Below, piece after piece: positions 14,939-24,000 of a stretch of 24,000 nucleotides of DNA (position 1 is the first letter of the stretch; the number at the start of each line of letters is the position of its first letter). The position numbers were made by a program, and so were the translations under genes. The stretch is from an uncultured Acetobacteraceae bacterium (lineage in GTDB: Bacteria; Pseudomonadota; Alphaproteobacteria; Acetobacterales; Acetobacteraceae): NCBI GenBank assembly GCA_964235765.1, contig CAXSDH010000023.1:14306-38305 (forward strand), given 5' to 3'. Below the pieces are notes generated by a model that saw nothing but the letters and a program-made list of their open reading frames with translations, had not been told where the DNA came from and did not search any database.

Positions 14939-15970
14939 CTTCGCCGTGGCGGCGCCGTTTCCGCCGCCTTCCACATCGCGCTCCTGCTGGCCTTGATCCT
15001 GGCGCTCCCGGCTCATGTGCCGGAGCCCGCTGCCGACGAGAACGCCATCACCATGGCCTTCGAGGCCGCCCCGGCGCCCGTGCAGCGGGCGCAGACACCC
15101 GGGCCCACGCCGGCCCCGGCGCCCGCGCCGGTGCCGACGCCGGACCAGCCCTCCCCGGAGCCGCCGAAACCCGCGCCCCCGGTGCCGCCGCCACCCCCAC
15201 CACCGCCGCCGCCGCCGCCGCCGCCCGCTCCCCCGGCGCCGCCCGCCCCGGCCCCGCTTGTGCCGCCGCCGCCTGCAACGCCCGTGGCGCCGCCCGCGCC
15301 AGTGACGACCGCGCCCGCGCCAACGCCGGTCCCGGCGCCGCGGCCCACCCCGCCCGCGCCGCACCCGCCGCCGCTGCCGCCCCCGCCGCGCCCCGCGCCG
15401 CCGCAACCGGCCCCGCCGCTGCCCGCCCCGCCCGCGCCGCCGGCGCCAAGGCCGGCGCCACCGTCACCCACGCCTGCGCCGCAGAGCAACAGCACCACCA
15501 GCCAGCCCAACCCCACCCGCAACCCGGCGCCGGAAAGCCGCGCGCTCGAAAACACCCTCGAACGCCTCCGCGCCCAGCAGCCGCAGCGCGAGGCGCCCCG
15601 CGCCGCCTACAACCCGCCCCGCGGCGGCGCCCCCGGCGGCGGCAGCCCGACCGGCGTGGACAACGCCCTGCTGAGCGCCAGCGTGCGCGGCGCCATCGGC
15701 GACCGCCTGCGCGAATGCTGGACCGGCGACCGCGGCGCGCTCGACTTCGACAAGCAGACGGTGCGGCTGGTCGTGACCACCGACACCACCGGCACGATCC
15801 GCGTCGCCGACATCGCCGCCTCCGACGCGTCCCGCACCGGCGGCGGCGTGGCCCGCGCCTTCGCCGAGCGGGCACGCCGCGCGGCGCTCGACCCGCAATG
15901 CGCGCAACTCCCGCTGCCCGGCTCCATGAAGGGCCAGAACCGCACCTTCGAGATCACGTTCCGTCCCTAG
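14927..15970 (+). CDS. tolA: Cell envelope integrity protein TolA (TonB-like proline-rich variant)
   Basis: Position between tolR and tolB. N-terminal TM anchor [18 protein letters not shown], a Pro/Ala-rich linker of about 140 aa, and a C-terminal domain ([12 protein letters not shown] through FEITFRP) resembling the TolA/TonB C-terminal fold pattern. Confidence 0.8.
   Translation: MTPALRRGGAVSAAFHIALLLALILALPAHVPEPAADENAITMAFEAAPAPVQRAQTPGPTPAPAPAPVPTPDQPSPEPPKPAPPVPPPPPPPPPPPPPPAPPAPPAPAPLVPPPPATPVAPPAPVTTAPAPTPVPAPRPTPPAPHPPPLPPPPRPAPPQPAPPLPAPPAPPAPRPAPPSPTPAPQSNSTTSQPNPTRNPAPESRALENTLERLRAQQPQREAPRAAYNPPRGGAPGGGSPTGVDNALLSASVRGAIGDRLRECWTGDRGALDFDKQTVRLVVTTDTTGTIRVADIAASDASRTGGGVARAFAERARRAALDPQCAQLPLPGSMKGQNRTFEITFRP
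15203..15223 (+). repeat. (CCG)7 trinucleotide tract inside a run of 14 consecutive proline codons (15185-15226) in tolA
   Basis: Counted directly from the sequence. Confidence 0.95.
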
Positions 15971-15984
15971 GGAAAGACCTTGCC

Positions 15985-17316
15985 ATGAACCAGTTCACCA
16001 ACCTGATCGGCCGCCGCTCCATGCTCGCCGCCGCCGGCGTCACCGCCTTCCCGTTGCTGGCCCGCGCCCAAGGCGGAGACGACCGCATCACCGTCGATCG
16101 CGCCCGCACCGCGCCGATCCCCATCGCCATCCCCAACTTCGCCGGCACCGGGCTCGGCGCCGAGATCGCAGGCGTCATTTCCAACAACCTCGGGCGCTGC
16201 GGCCTGTTCCGCCCCATCGCCCAAGCGGCGCAGATTGGCCAATCCGACGCCGGCGACACGCCCAACTTCCAAAACTGGAAGGCGATCGGCGCGCAAGCCC
16301 TCGTCACCGGCCGCGTCGAGGGCGGCGGCAGCAACGTCCGCGTCGAGTTCCGCCTCTGGGACGTGCTGCCCGGCCAGCAAATCCAGGGCACCGCCTACAC
16401 CACCACCTCGGCCAATTGGCGCCGCATCGCCCACATCATCAGCGACGTCATCTACGAGCGGCTGCTCGGCGAGAAGGGCTACTTCGATACCCGCATCGTC
16501 TACGTCGCCGGCACCGGCCCGCGCGACCGCCGGGTCAAGCGCCTGGCCATCATGGACCAGGACGGCGAGGCCAACCGCTTCCTCACCGACGGCTCCTGGC
16601 TGGCGCTCACGCCCCGCTTCCACCCGACGCGCGACCAGATCGTCTTCATGTCCTACAACAACAACAAACCCCGCGTGTACACCTTCGACCTCGGCTCCGG
16701 CGCGCAGCGCATCCTGGGCGACTACGAGGGCATGACCTTCGCCCCCCGCTTCGCGCCCGACGGCAACAGCATCATCATGTCGGTGGCCCGCGGCGCCGGG
16801 TCGGACATCGTCACGGCGGGGCTGGGCGGCGGCCGCGGCCGGCAACTGACCAACTCGGGCGCCATCGACACCAGCCCCTGCTACAGCCCGGACGGCGGGC
16901 AGATCGTCTTCAACTCGGACCGCGGCGGCGACCAGCAGCTCTATGTGATGGACGCCGGCGGCGGCAACCCGCGACGAATCAGCTACGGCAAGGGCCGCTA
17001 CGCCACCCCCGTGTGGTCGCCCCGCGGCGACCTCATCGCCTTCACCCGGCTCACCGGCGGCACCTTCGCCATCGGCGTCATGCGGCCGGACGGGCAGGGG
17101 GAGCGCATCCTCACCGAAAGCTTCTCGGTCGAAGGGCCCACCTTCGCGCCGAACGGCCGCGTGCTGATGTTCTACCGGGAAAGCCCGGCCCGCGACCGCA
17201 CCGGCGGCGGCTACTCCTCGCGCCTGGTGTCGATCGACATCACCGGCTTCAACGAGCGCACCGTGGCCACCCCCACCGATGCGTCCGACCCGGCCTGGTC
17301 GCCGCTGCTCGCCTAG
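15985..17316 (+). CDS. tolB: Tol-Pal system beta-propeller protein TolB
   Basis: Internal ATG at 15985 in ORF 15715..17316. It has a signal peptide and repeated propeller motifs ([80 protein letters not shown]). Confidence 0.95.
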   Translation: MNQFTNLIGRRSMLAAAGVTAFPLLARAQGGDDRITVDRARTAPIPIAIPNFAGTGLGAEIAGVISNNLGRCGLFRPIAQAAQIGQSDAGDTPNFQNWKAIGAQALVTGRVEGGGSNVRVEFRLWDVLPGQQIQGTAYTTTSANWRRIAHIISDVIYERLLGEKGYFDTRIVYVAGTGPRDRRVKRLAIMDQDGEANRFLTDGSWLALTPRFHPTRDQIVFMSYNNNKPRVYTFDLGSGAQRILGDYEGMTFAPRFAPDGNSIIMSVARGAGSDIVTAGLGGGRGRQLTNSGAIDTSPCYSPDGGQIVFNSDRGGDQQLYVMDAGGGNPRRISYGKGRYATPVWSPRGDLIAFTRLTGGTFAIGVMRPDGQGERILTESFSVEGPTFAPNGRVLMFYRESPARDRTGGGYSSRLVSIDITGFNERTVATPTDASDPAWSPLLA

Positions 17317-17334
17317 CCCCCAAACTCCCCTTGC

Positions 17335-17363
17335 TTGACCCATCGCCGCCCGCGGCGTATCGC
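17335..17363 (+). promoter_or_regulatory. Possible sigma70-type promoter for pal-cpoB (TTGACC-N17-TATCGC)
   Basis: Read in the 73-bp tolB-pal gap. The -35 element is a good match and the -10 is weak (3 of 6). E. coli is known to have an internal pal promoter, but that is only an analogy. Confidence 0.25.
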
Positions 17364-17389
17364 GCAGCCCAAATCAAGGACAAATCGCC

Positions 17390-17869
17390 ATGAACCTCAA
17401 AATCGTCGGCCTCATGGCCGCGCTCGCGCTCCTGGGCGCGTGCTCCGACAAAACCGAGACCGCCGGCGCCGCGACCGGCTCGGGCGCCCAGGCCACCAAC
17501 GGCGGCGCCATCCCCGGTAGCCAGGAAGACCTGGTCGCCAACGTGGGCGACCGCGTGTTCTACGGCCTGGACCAGTCGAGCCTGACCGGCGACGCCCGCT
17601 CGACGCTCGATCGGCAGTCGGCATGGCTGGCGCGCTACCCGCAGGTCAGCATCCAAATGGCCGGCAACTGCGACGAGCGCGGCACCACGGAATACAACCT
17701 GGCCCTGGGCCAGCGCCGGGCCAACGCAGCGCGTGACTACCTGGTGGCCCGCGGCGTCTCCTCGGCCCGCATCTCCGCGACCAGCTACGGCAAGGAGCGC
17801 CCGACCGCGCTCGGCTCGGACGAGCAGGCCTACGCGCAAAACCGGAACGCGATCACCTCGGTCCGCTAA
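17390..17869 (+). CDS. pal: Peptidoglycan-associated lipoprotein Pal (OmpA-like C-terminal domain)
   Basis: Lipobox LLGAC. OmpA-family motif NCDERGTTEYNLALGQRRANAARDYLV, and YGKERP. AAGGA lies 9 nt upstream of the ATG. Confidence 0.95.
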   Translation: MNLKIVGLMAALALLGACSDKTETAGAATGSGAQATNGGAIPGSQEDLVANVGDRVFYGLDQSSLTGDARSTLDRQSAWLARYPQVSIQMAGNCDERGTTEYNLALGQRRANAARDYLVARGVSSARISATSYGKERPTALGSDEQAYAQNRNAITSVR

Positions 17870-18705
17870 TGCCCGCGCCCCTTCTCGTCCTGCTCAGACG
17901 CGCCTTGCCCGCCGCCGCGGTGCTCTGCGCCCTGGCCCTGCCGGCCCGCGCGCAGATGGACAGCCGCGAGGGCATCATGCTGCAGAACCAAATCCTGGAA
18001 CTGCGGCGCGACATGCAGACGCTGCAATCGCAGCGCGGCGCGCCGCCTCCGCCCTACCGCGGAGCCCAGGGCGGCGGCGGCGAACTGGCGGCGCAGTTGC
18101 TCGACCGGGTCGCCACCCTCGAGGAGGAGGTGCGGCGCCTGCGCGGCCAGGTGGACGAGCAGGCCAACGCCAGCCGCCGCGCGCAGGACGACCTGGCCAA
18201 GCAGATCGGCGACATGAACTTCCGGCTGCAGAACGCCGGGCCGGGTTCGCAGCCCGGCTCCCTCGCCCCGCCCCCAGGAATCTCGGGGCCCGCGCCGGGG
18301 CCGGGGTCCACGGGCCGCCGCCCGCCGGAATTGGCCATGCAGGAAGGCAACGCCGCCCTGGCCCGGCGCGATTACCCCGCGGCCGAAGCCGCCGCCCGCG
18401 AAGTGCTGGCGGGCGGACGGGGCTCCCCCCGCGCCGCCGACGCCAACTTCCTGCTCGCGCAATCCCTGTTCGGCCAGCGCAACTACCAAGGCGCCGCGGT
18501 GGCCTATGACGACGCCTATAACCGGTCCCGCACCGGATCGCGCGCGCCAGACGCCCTGCTCGGGCTGGCGAACGCCCTCTCCGGCCTGAACGAGCGCCCG
18601 GCCGCCTGCGCCACGCTCGAGAAGCTGCGGGCGGAGTTCCCCTCCGTGCGCGCGGACGTGCGGGACGGCGCGGTCGCCCTCCGCGCCCGCAACGGCTGCC
18701 GCTGA
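17869..18705 (+). CDS. cpoB: Tol-Pal system protein CpoB/YbgF (coiled-coil plus TPR)
   Basis: The ATG overlaps the pal TAA (TAATG). It has a signal peptide ending ARAQ, an N-terminal coiled-coil (LQNQILELRRDMQTLQ, LEEEVRRLRGQVDE) and C-terminal TPR-like repeats (AQSLFGQRNYQGAAVAYDDAY). Confidence 0.88.
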   Translation: MPAPLLVLLRRALPAAAVLCALALPARAQMDSREGIMLQNQILELRRDMQTLQSQRGAPPPPYRGAQGGGGELAAQLLDRVATLEEEVRRLRGQVDEQANASRRAQDDLAKQIGDMNFRLQNAGPGSQPGSLAPPPGISGPAPGPGSTGRRPPELAMQEGNAALARRDYPAAEAAAREVLAGGRGSPRAADANFLLAQSLFGQRNYQGAAVAYDDAYNRSRTGSRAPDALLGLANALSGLNERPAACATLEKLRAEFPSVRADVRDGAVALRARNGCR

Positions 18706-18755
18706 GCGCCGAACCCCGTACGGCGGAGGCGGTCGGCGTCGAGGAGTTCGCGGCC

Positions 18756-19922
18756 TTGATGGTGCCGTTGCAGCCGTTCACCGCCAGCCGGCGCGTGGTG
18801 GTCGGCGTCTCCGGCGGCGCCGACAGCATGGCGCTCGCGTTGTTGCTGTCCCGTTGGGGCGCGCCGCTGGCGTGCATCGTCGATCATGGCCTGCGCGCCG
18901 GGTCGGACGGGGAGGCGGCGCTGGCGGCCAGGCGGCTCGCGGCCCGCGGCATCGCCACACGCGTGGTCCGCGCCGCCCTCAGCCCGGGGCCCGGCATCGC
19001 CCGGCGCGCCCGCGAGGCCCGGTACGCCCTGTTGCTGGCCGCATGCCAGGAGGCGGGATGCGCCGACCTGCTGGTCGCGCACCACGCCCTGGACCAAGCC
19101 GAAACGGTTCAAATGCGGCGCGGCGCCGGTAGCGGACCACAGGGCCTGTCGGGCATGGCGGCCATCGTGCACCGCCCGGTAGCCCGCCTGCTCCGCCCGC
19201 TGCTGCACATTCCCCCCGCCCGGCTGCGCGCGACCTTGCGGGCGGCCGGGCTCGGCTGGGTCGAGGACCCCACCAACCAGGACCCCCGCACCCTCCGCGC
19301 CCGGCTGCGGTCCTCCATGGACGCGTCGGACGCGCTGGCCGCGCTCGGCACGGCCTCCCTGCACGGCCCAGCCCGGCGCAGCGCCGAGCAGGCCATGGCA
19401 AGCGAACTCGCGCAGGCCGGGATCCACCCCGAAGGCTACGCCCATGTGCCCGGCACGCTTGGGCCCGACGCCTTGTCCAGCCTGATCTGGACCCTGTCGG
19501 GCCAGCCCTATCCTCCGCCTCGCACGGCGCTTGCCCGCGGCCTGCAGCCCCGCACCCTGCACGGCGTCGTCATCCGGCCGGCCGGCCGGCTCGGCCCGGG
19601 ATGGGTGCTGGCGCGCGAGCCGGGCGCGGTAGGCCCCCCGGTGCCCGCCATCGCCGGCGCGCGCTGGGACGGCCGGTTCACCCTCGCTGCGGATTGCGGC
19701 CCAGAAGCCACGCTGGGCGCCCTGGGCGAGGACGCCGCCCGGTTCCGCCGCCAGTCCCGCCTGCCGGCCGCCGTGCTCCGCGGGCTGCCGGCCATCCGGC
19801 GAGCCGGCCGATTGCACCTTGTGCCGCATTTGGCCTACCCTGACGCAGCAACGTGCCGTAGCGTGCCGATCTGGTTCGATCCGCCCCGCCCCGCTTCAGG
19901 CGCGCCCTTCGTGCCGGCGTAG
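18756..19922 (+). CDS. tilS: tRNA(Ile)-lysidine synthetase TilS
   Basis: PP-loop motif VGVSGGADSMALA, then DHGLRAGS, HHALDQAETVQMR and WVEDPTN. The start is a TTG at 18756 or an ATG at 18759; see the finding on a possible upstream CTG. Confidence 0.88.
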   Translation: MMVPLQPFTASRRVVVGVSGGADSMALALLLSRWGAPLACIVDHGLRAGSDGEAALAARRLAARGIATRVVRAALSPGPGIARRAREARYALLLAACQEAGCADLLVAHHALDQAETVQMRRGAGSGPQGLSGMAAIVHRPVARLLRPLLHIPPARLRATLRAAGLGWVEDPTNQDPRTLRARLRSSMDASDALAALGTASLHGPARRSAEQAMASELAQAGIHPEGYAHVPGTLGPDALSSLIWTLSGQPYPPPRTALARGLQPRTLHGVVIRPAGRLGPGWVLAREPGAVGPPVPAIAGARWDGRFTLAADCGPEATLGALGEDAARFRRQSRLPAAVLRGLPAIRRAGRLHLVPHLAYPDAATCRSVPIWFDPPRPASGAPFVPA

Positions 19923-19952
19923 AAAACGCCCCGGCATGCCCGCAGGGGCTGC

Positions 19953-19976
19953 ACATGGGGAATGGACACCCCATGT
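19953..19976 (+). other. Perfect 8-bp-stem hairpin (acatgggg-N8-ccccatgt) in the tilS-ftsH intergenic region
   Basis: Inverted repeat read directly. A weaker 5-bp stem (gcccc-N12-ggggc) sits at 19928-19949. No T-tract follows, so this is not a canonical intrinsic terminator. Confidence 0.4.
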
Positions 19977-20040
19977 CGTGGGTTGAAAACACCGCTGGCC
20001 TCAGACGGCGCCGGCAGCAGACTGGGATCGCTGGGATCAC

Positions 20041-21963
<1,923 letters not shown>

Positions 21964-22005
21964 CGCCGCCCGGTGCTCCTCTTCCCAGCACGGGGAGAGG
22001 GGCCG

Positions 22006-22842
22006 GTGAGGCCTGTGCACCGGCCTTGGGCTGGCCTGCCGCCCCAGCCGCACGTCATGGGCATCCTCAACGTGACGCCCGACAGCTTCAGCGACGGCAA
22101 CCACCTGCTCGACCCACGGACTGCCATCGAGCGCGGCCGCCAGATGATCCGGGACGGCGCGGCGGTCCTCGACATCGGAGGCGAGTCCACCCGGCCCGGC
22201 GCCGCGCCGGTCCCGCTGGCGGAGGAGCAACGGCGGGTCCTGCCCGTCATCGCCGCCCTGGCCGGCGCAGGGGTGCCGCTCTCGATCGACACCCGCAACG
22301 CCGACACCATGGCCCGCGCGCTCGACGCCGGGGCCACCATCGTCAACGACGTATCGGCCCTAGGGCACGACCCCGCCGCCGCCGCCCTCGTCGCCGCACG
22401 TGGATGCCCCGTGATCCTGATGCACATGCGGGGCGACCCCACCACCATGCAAAGCCTGGCGGTCTACCGCGACGTCGCAGCCGAGGTCGTCCAAGAACTC
22501 GCGCTGCGCATCGCCGCGGCCGAGGCGGCGGGGGTCGCGCGCGCGCAAATCGCCGTCGATCCCGGGTTCGGTTTCGCCAAGCTGGCCAGGCATAGCCAGG
22601 AACTGCTTCGGCACCTTTCATCGCTCCTTAACCTTGGCTGCCCTATAATCGCCGGATTGTCGCGCAAGGAGTTCGTGGGGAAGCTGGCTGGAGTTACCGA
22701 CCCGAAGGCGAGGGGCCCAGCCTCGATCGCCGCCGGCCTGATCGCGTTATCGCAAGGCGCGTCGATTTTGCGGGTGCATGACGTGGCGCAAACGGCGCAA
22801 GCCGTTCGGGTGTGGCACGCTCTGGTGGATCATGTGGCTTGA
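22006..22842 (+). CDS. folP: Dihydropteroate synthase
   Basis: [27 protein letters not shown] and DPGFGFAK motifs. The longest ORF starts at GTG 21973. I prefer GTG 22006 because GGAGAGG lies 5 nt upstream and it leaves 17 residues before MGILNV, as in E. coli FolP from memory. The start is uncertain. Confidence 0.9.
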   Translation: MRPVHRPWAGLPPQPHVMGILNVTPDSFSDGNHLLDPRTAIERGRQMIRDGAAVLDIGGESTRPGAAPVPLAEEQRRVLPVIAALAGAGVPLSIDTRNADTMARALDAGATIVNDVSALGHDPAAAALVAARGCPVILMHMRGDPTTMQSLAVYRDVAAEVVQELALRIAAAEAAGVARAQIAVDPGFGFAKLARHSQELLRHLSSLLNLGCPIIAGLSRKEFVGKLAGVTDPKARGPASIAAGLIALSQGASILRVHDVAQTAQAVRVWHALVDHVA

Positions 22843-22861
22843 CCGAAGCAGAGGAGTTCAG

Positions 22862-24000
22862 ATGACCAGCAGACGCCTGTTCGGCACGGACGGGATCCGC
22901 GGAACCGCAAACGTGGACCCAATGACGGCAGAGACGGCGCTGCATTTGGGGCAGGCAGCCGGGCTGATGTTCGTGCGCGGCCACCATCGGCATCGCGTGG
23001 TGATCGGCAAGGACACGCGCCTGTCCGGATACATGATCGAGCCCGCGCTGGTCGCCGGTTTCATCGCCGCCGGCATGGACGTGACCTTGGTCGGCCCGCT
23101 GCCGACGCCGGCCATCGCCATGCTGACCCGAAGCTTGCGGGCAGATCTGGGCGTCATGATTTCCGCCTCCCACAACCAATTCGAGGATAACGGCATCAAG
23201 CTGTTCGGCCCCGACGGCTTCAAGCTGTCGGACCAGACCGAGAGCGAAATCGAGGAACTGATGGCCGCCGATCGGTCGGGGCGCCTGGCCGGCCCGCGGC
23301 AGCTCGGCCGGGCGGCCCGGCTGGAGGACGCCGGCGGGCGTTACATCGAGGCTGCAAAGGCGACGTTTCCGCGTGGCCTGACCTTGGACGGCCTCAAGAT
23401 CGTCGTGGATTGCGCCAACGGGGCCGCATATCGGGTGGCGCCGACGGTGCTGTGGGAACTAGGGGCAACCATCGTCGCCGTCGGCGTGGAGCCGGACGGG
23501 TTCAACATCAACCGTGATTGCGGCTCGACGGTGCCGGAGTTCCTGCGCGCGCAAGTCGTGGAGCACGAGGCCGATCTCGGGATCGCCTTGGACGGCGACG
23601 CGGACCGGCTGTTGCTGGTCGATGAACGCGGCGAGTTGGTGGATGGAGACCAAATCCTGGCGTTGATCGCCCGTTCCTGGAAGCAGTCGGGGCGGCTGAA
23701 AGGCGATGGCGTGGTCGCGACCGTCATGTCGAACCTCGGCCTGGAACGCTTCCTCGAGGCGGACGGGCTCGCCTTGCATCGCACCCGCGTCGGCGACCGC
23801 TACGTGGTCGAGCAGATGCGGGCGACGGGGCTGAACGTCGGAGGCGAGCAATCCGGGCACGTGATCCTGTCGGATTACGCGACCACGGGAGACGGACTCG
23901 TCGCCGCCCTGCAAGTCCTGGCGGTGCTGGTGGAATCAGGCCGGCCCGCAAGCGAGGTGTGCAAGATGTTCGATCGCCTGCCGCAACTGCTGCGCAACGT
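22862..24000 (+). CDS. glmM: Phosphoglucosamine mutase GlmM; the C-terminus is cut by the window edge
   Basis: Absent from the ORF track because it runs off the right edge. Manual translation from ATG 22862 (GAGGAG 5 nt upstream) reads [73 protein letters not shown] and [10 protein letters not shown]. Confidence 0.95.
   Translation, partial: MTSRRLFGTDGIRGTANVDPMTAETALHLGQAAGLMFVRGHHRHRVVIGKDTRLSGYMIEPALVAGFIAAGMDVTLVGPLPTPAIAMLTRSLRADLGVMISASHNQFEDNGIKLFGPDGFKLSDQTESEIEELMAADRSGRLAGPRQLGRAARLEDAGGRYIEAAKATFPRGLTLDGLKIVVDCANGAAYRVAPTVLWELGATIVAVGVEPDGFNINRDCGSTVPEFLRAQVVEHEADLGIALDGDADRLLLVDERGELVDGDQILALIARSWKQSGRLKGDGVVATVMSNLGLERFLEADGLALHRTRVGDRYVVEQMRATGLNVGGEQSGHVILSDYATTGDGLVAALQVLAVLVESGRPASEVCKMFDRLPQLLRN

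Noticed and set aside
14927-15970. Calling this gene tonB rather than tolA because of the proline-rich linker
   Set aside because: Its position between tolR and tolB, inside a complete ybgC-tolQRAB-pal-cpoB cluster, argues for TolA. The TonB-like linker is reported as a finding instead.
21973-22005. The longer folP start at GTG 21973 (the ORF-track start)
   Set aside because: It is not excluded, but no RBS precedes it and it lies only 9 nt after the ftsH stop. GTG 22006 has a GGAGAGG element at ideal spacing and gives a canonical N-terminal length. Both are noted because the choice is uncertain.

Overview
This is a very GC-rich chromosomal window that looks alphaproteobacterial, judged from gene order and protein motifs. 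All calls are manual, with no tools used. I recognise 23 protein-coding genes. Two of them are cut by the window edges and are missing from the ORF track; I recovered them by hand translation. I saw no rRNA, tRNA, CRISPR array, IS element or integrase.

The window splits into two parts. Positions 9.4-24 kb, all on the + strand, form a conserved housekeeping block: a YmdB-like phosphoesterase, yebC, ruvC-ruvA-ruvB, ybgC-tolQ-tolR-tolA-tolB-pal-cpoB, tilS, ftsH, folP and glmM. Many of these junctions have 1-4 nt start/stop overlaps.

Positions 1-9.4 kb look accessory. They hold (i) a minus-strand stress-type pair, a YflT/YsnF-like membrane protein and a secreted PepSY-like protein, with a candidate EcfG-type promoter; (ii) a class II aldolase/adducin-family gene; (iii) a roughly 1230-aa cysteine-free mosaic exoprotein with a C-terminal RTX block, a 24-bp (LISQDGGG) tandem repeat array, a seven-fold ~57-residue repeat and an unassigned N-terminal domain; and (iv) a divergently transcribed three-gene operon, a LeuC/LeuD-like dehydratase with altered substrate-site motifs plus an isocitrate-lyase/PEP-mutase-family enzyme.

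The best candidates for something undescribed are the giant exoprotein, especially its octapeptide repeat, and the dehydratase-lyase module. I cannot show that either is novel without database searches. Smaller oddities: a 14-bp triplication forming two chained mini-ORFs at the tolA start, a TonB-like polyproline TolA with a (CCG)7 tract, a Tat-like TolB signal peptide, and a GlmM active-site signature variant. The many long antisense ORFs in the track are GC-content artefacts.
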